Shown here: positions 53,335-53,687 of the stretch, in pieces
Layout of the letters: each line of letters starts with the position of its first letter
How positions within the stretch are numbered: position 1 is the stretch's first letter
Source: Candidatus Margulisiibacteriota bacterium
GTDB taxonomy: Bacteria; Margulisbacteria; WOR-1; XYC2-FULL-46-14
Reading direction: 5' to 3'
Assembly: GCA_042563095.1 (NCBI GenBank)
Contig: JBHPMS010000003.1
Span: 1 to 53,687, forward strand
Length of the DNA: 53,687 nucleotides
Translations under genes and position numbers: made by a program
The notes under the pieces: model-generated
What the model saw: the letters and a program-made list of their open reading frames with translations, nothing else
Told to the model about the DNA's origin: nothing
Database searches by the model: none

Positions 53335-53670
53335 ATGAGTATTTTTAACAAACAAACTGATCCCTATTACAATCTTCCCCTTAATATTGGAGAACCTGTT
53401 TTAAATACTCAATTCCCATGGGAAGATGTTGAATCCTCTATGAAAAACTTGGAATCGTTCGTTAAGGAAGTGGATCAGGATAAACATTTCTTAAAAAAAC
53501 TATTGGAGAAAAGAGTTGATTGCCCGAAATGTGAAAATAAGAACTTAGTGCCAATATATTTTAGAAGCCCTGAAGATACGTGGAGAGGGTTATATGGGAG
53601 AGCAGGGTGGCTATACATATGTCAAAAATGTAAAGAACAGGTCAGATTCTATCTCAAGAGTTTTAATTAA
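53335..53670 (+). CDS. Hypothetical Zn-ribbon protein
   Basis: CPKC...CQKC; FRSPEDTWRGLYGRAGW. Confidence 0.55.
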   Translation: MSIFNKQTDPYYNLPLNIGEPVLNTQFPWEDVESSMKNLESFVKEVDQDKHFLKKLLEKRVDCPKCENKNLVPIYFRSPEDTWRGLYGRAGWLYICQKCKEQVRFYLKSFN

Positions 53671-53687
53671 AGCAAGGGAAAGCAGTT

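Larger units (their letters stand above)
41523..53687. mobile_element. Integrative element (right end outside the window)
   Basis: Tyrosine and serine recombinases, SSBs, rep-like gene, Zn-finger ORFs, nuclease and XRE; no housekeeping genes from here to the end. Confidence 0.8.

Overview
AT-rich bacterial chromosomal window from a diderm organism; a Margulisbacteria/WOR-1-like lineage is my guess from gene content, not something shown here. It has four parts. (1) 1-12 kb: fabF, then an accessory array of two exported alpha/beta-hydrolase (lipase/LCAT-like) paralogues. These have divergent catalytic N-termini but a nearly identical 902-bp C-terminal block. Each is preceded by small exported/membrane genes and a shared 61-bp head sequence, and three toxin-antitoxin pairs are interleaved with or flank the array. 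(2) 12-25.4 kb: one long minus-strand run accD-accA-tRNA-Leu(CAA)-tRNA-Leu(CAG)-rho-murF-tRNA-Leu(AAG)-fliK-like-flgE/G-fliM-fliN-fliO-fliP-fliQ-fliR-flhB-flhA. (3) 25.5-41.5 kb: rpsT, ispE, Fic, a wHTH-ANTAR fusion, carAB, a pseudouridine synthase, an MMPL/LolA-like/OMP module, lipoprotein and OMP genes, and tRNA-Ser(CGA). CarA has lost its whole glutaminase triad and has a terminator in its leader. (4) About 41.5 kb to the end: an integrative element with tyrosine and serine recombinases, replication-type genes, a PorV-like plus CTD-bearing subtilase pair, and a NucS-like nuclease with an XRE regulator. Its left border is a 20-bp sequence matching the 3' end of RNase P RNA, not a tRNA 3' end. 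Strongest leads: the N-terminally polymorphic hydrolase cassette array, the ANTAR/dead-CarA module, the rnpB-targeting element and the A34 tRNA-Leu. All family assignments come from motifs read by eye; no database searches were run.
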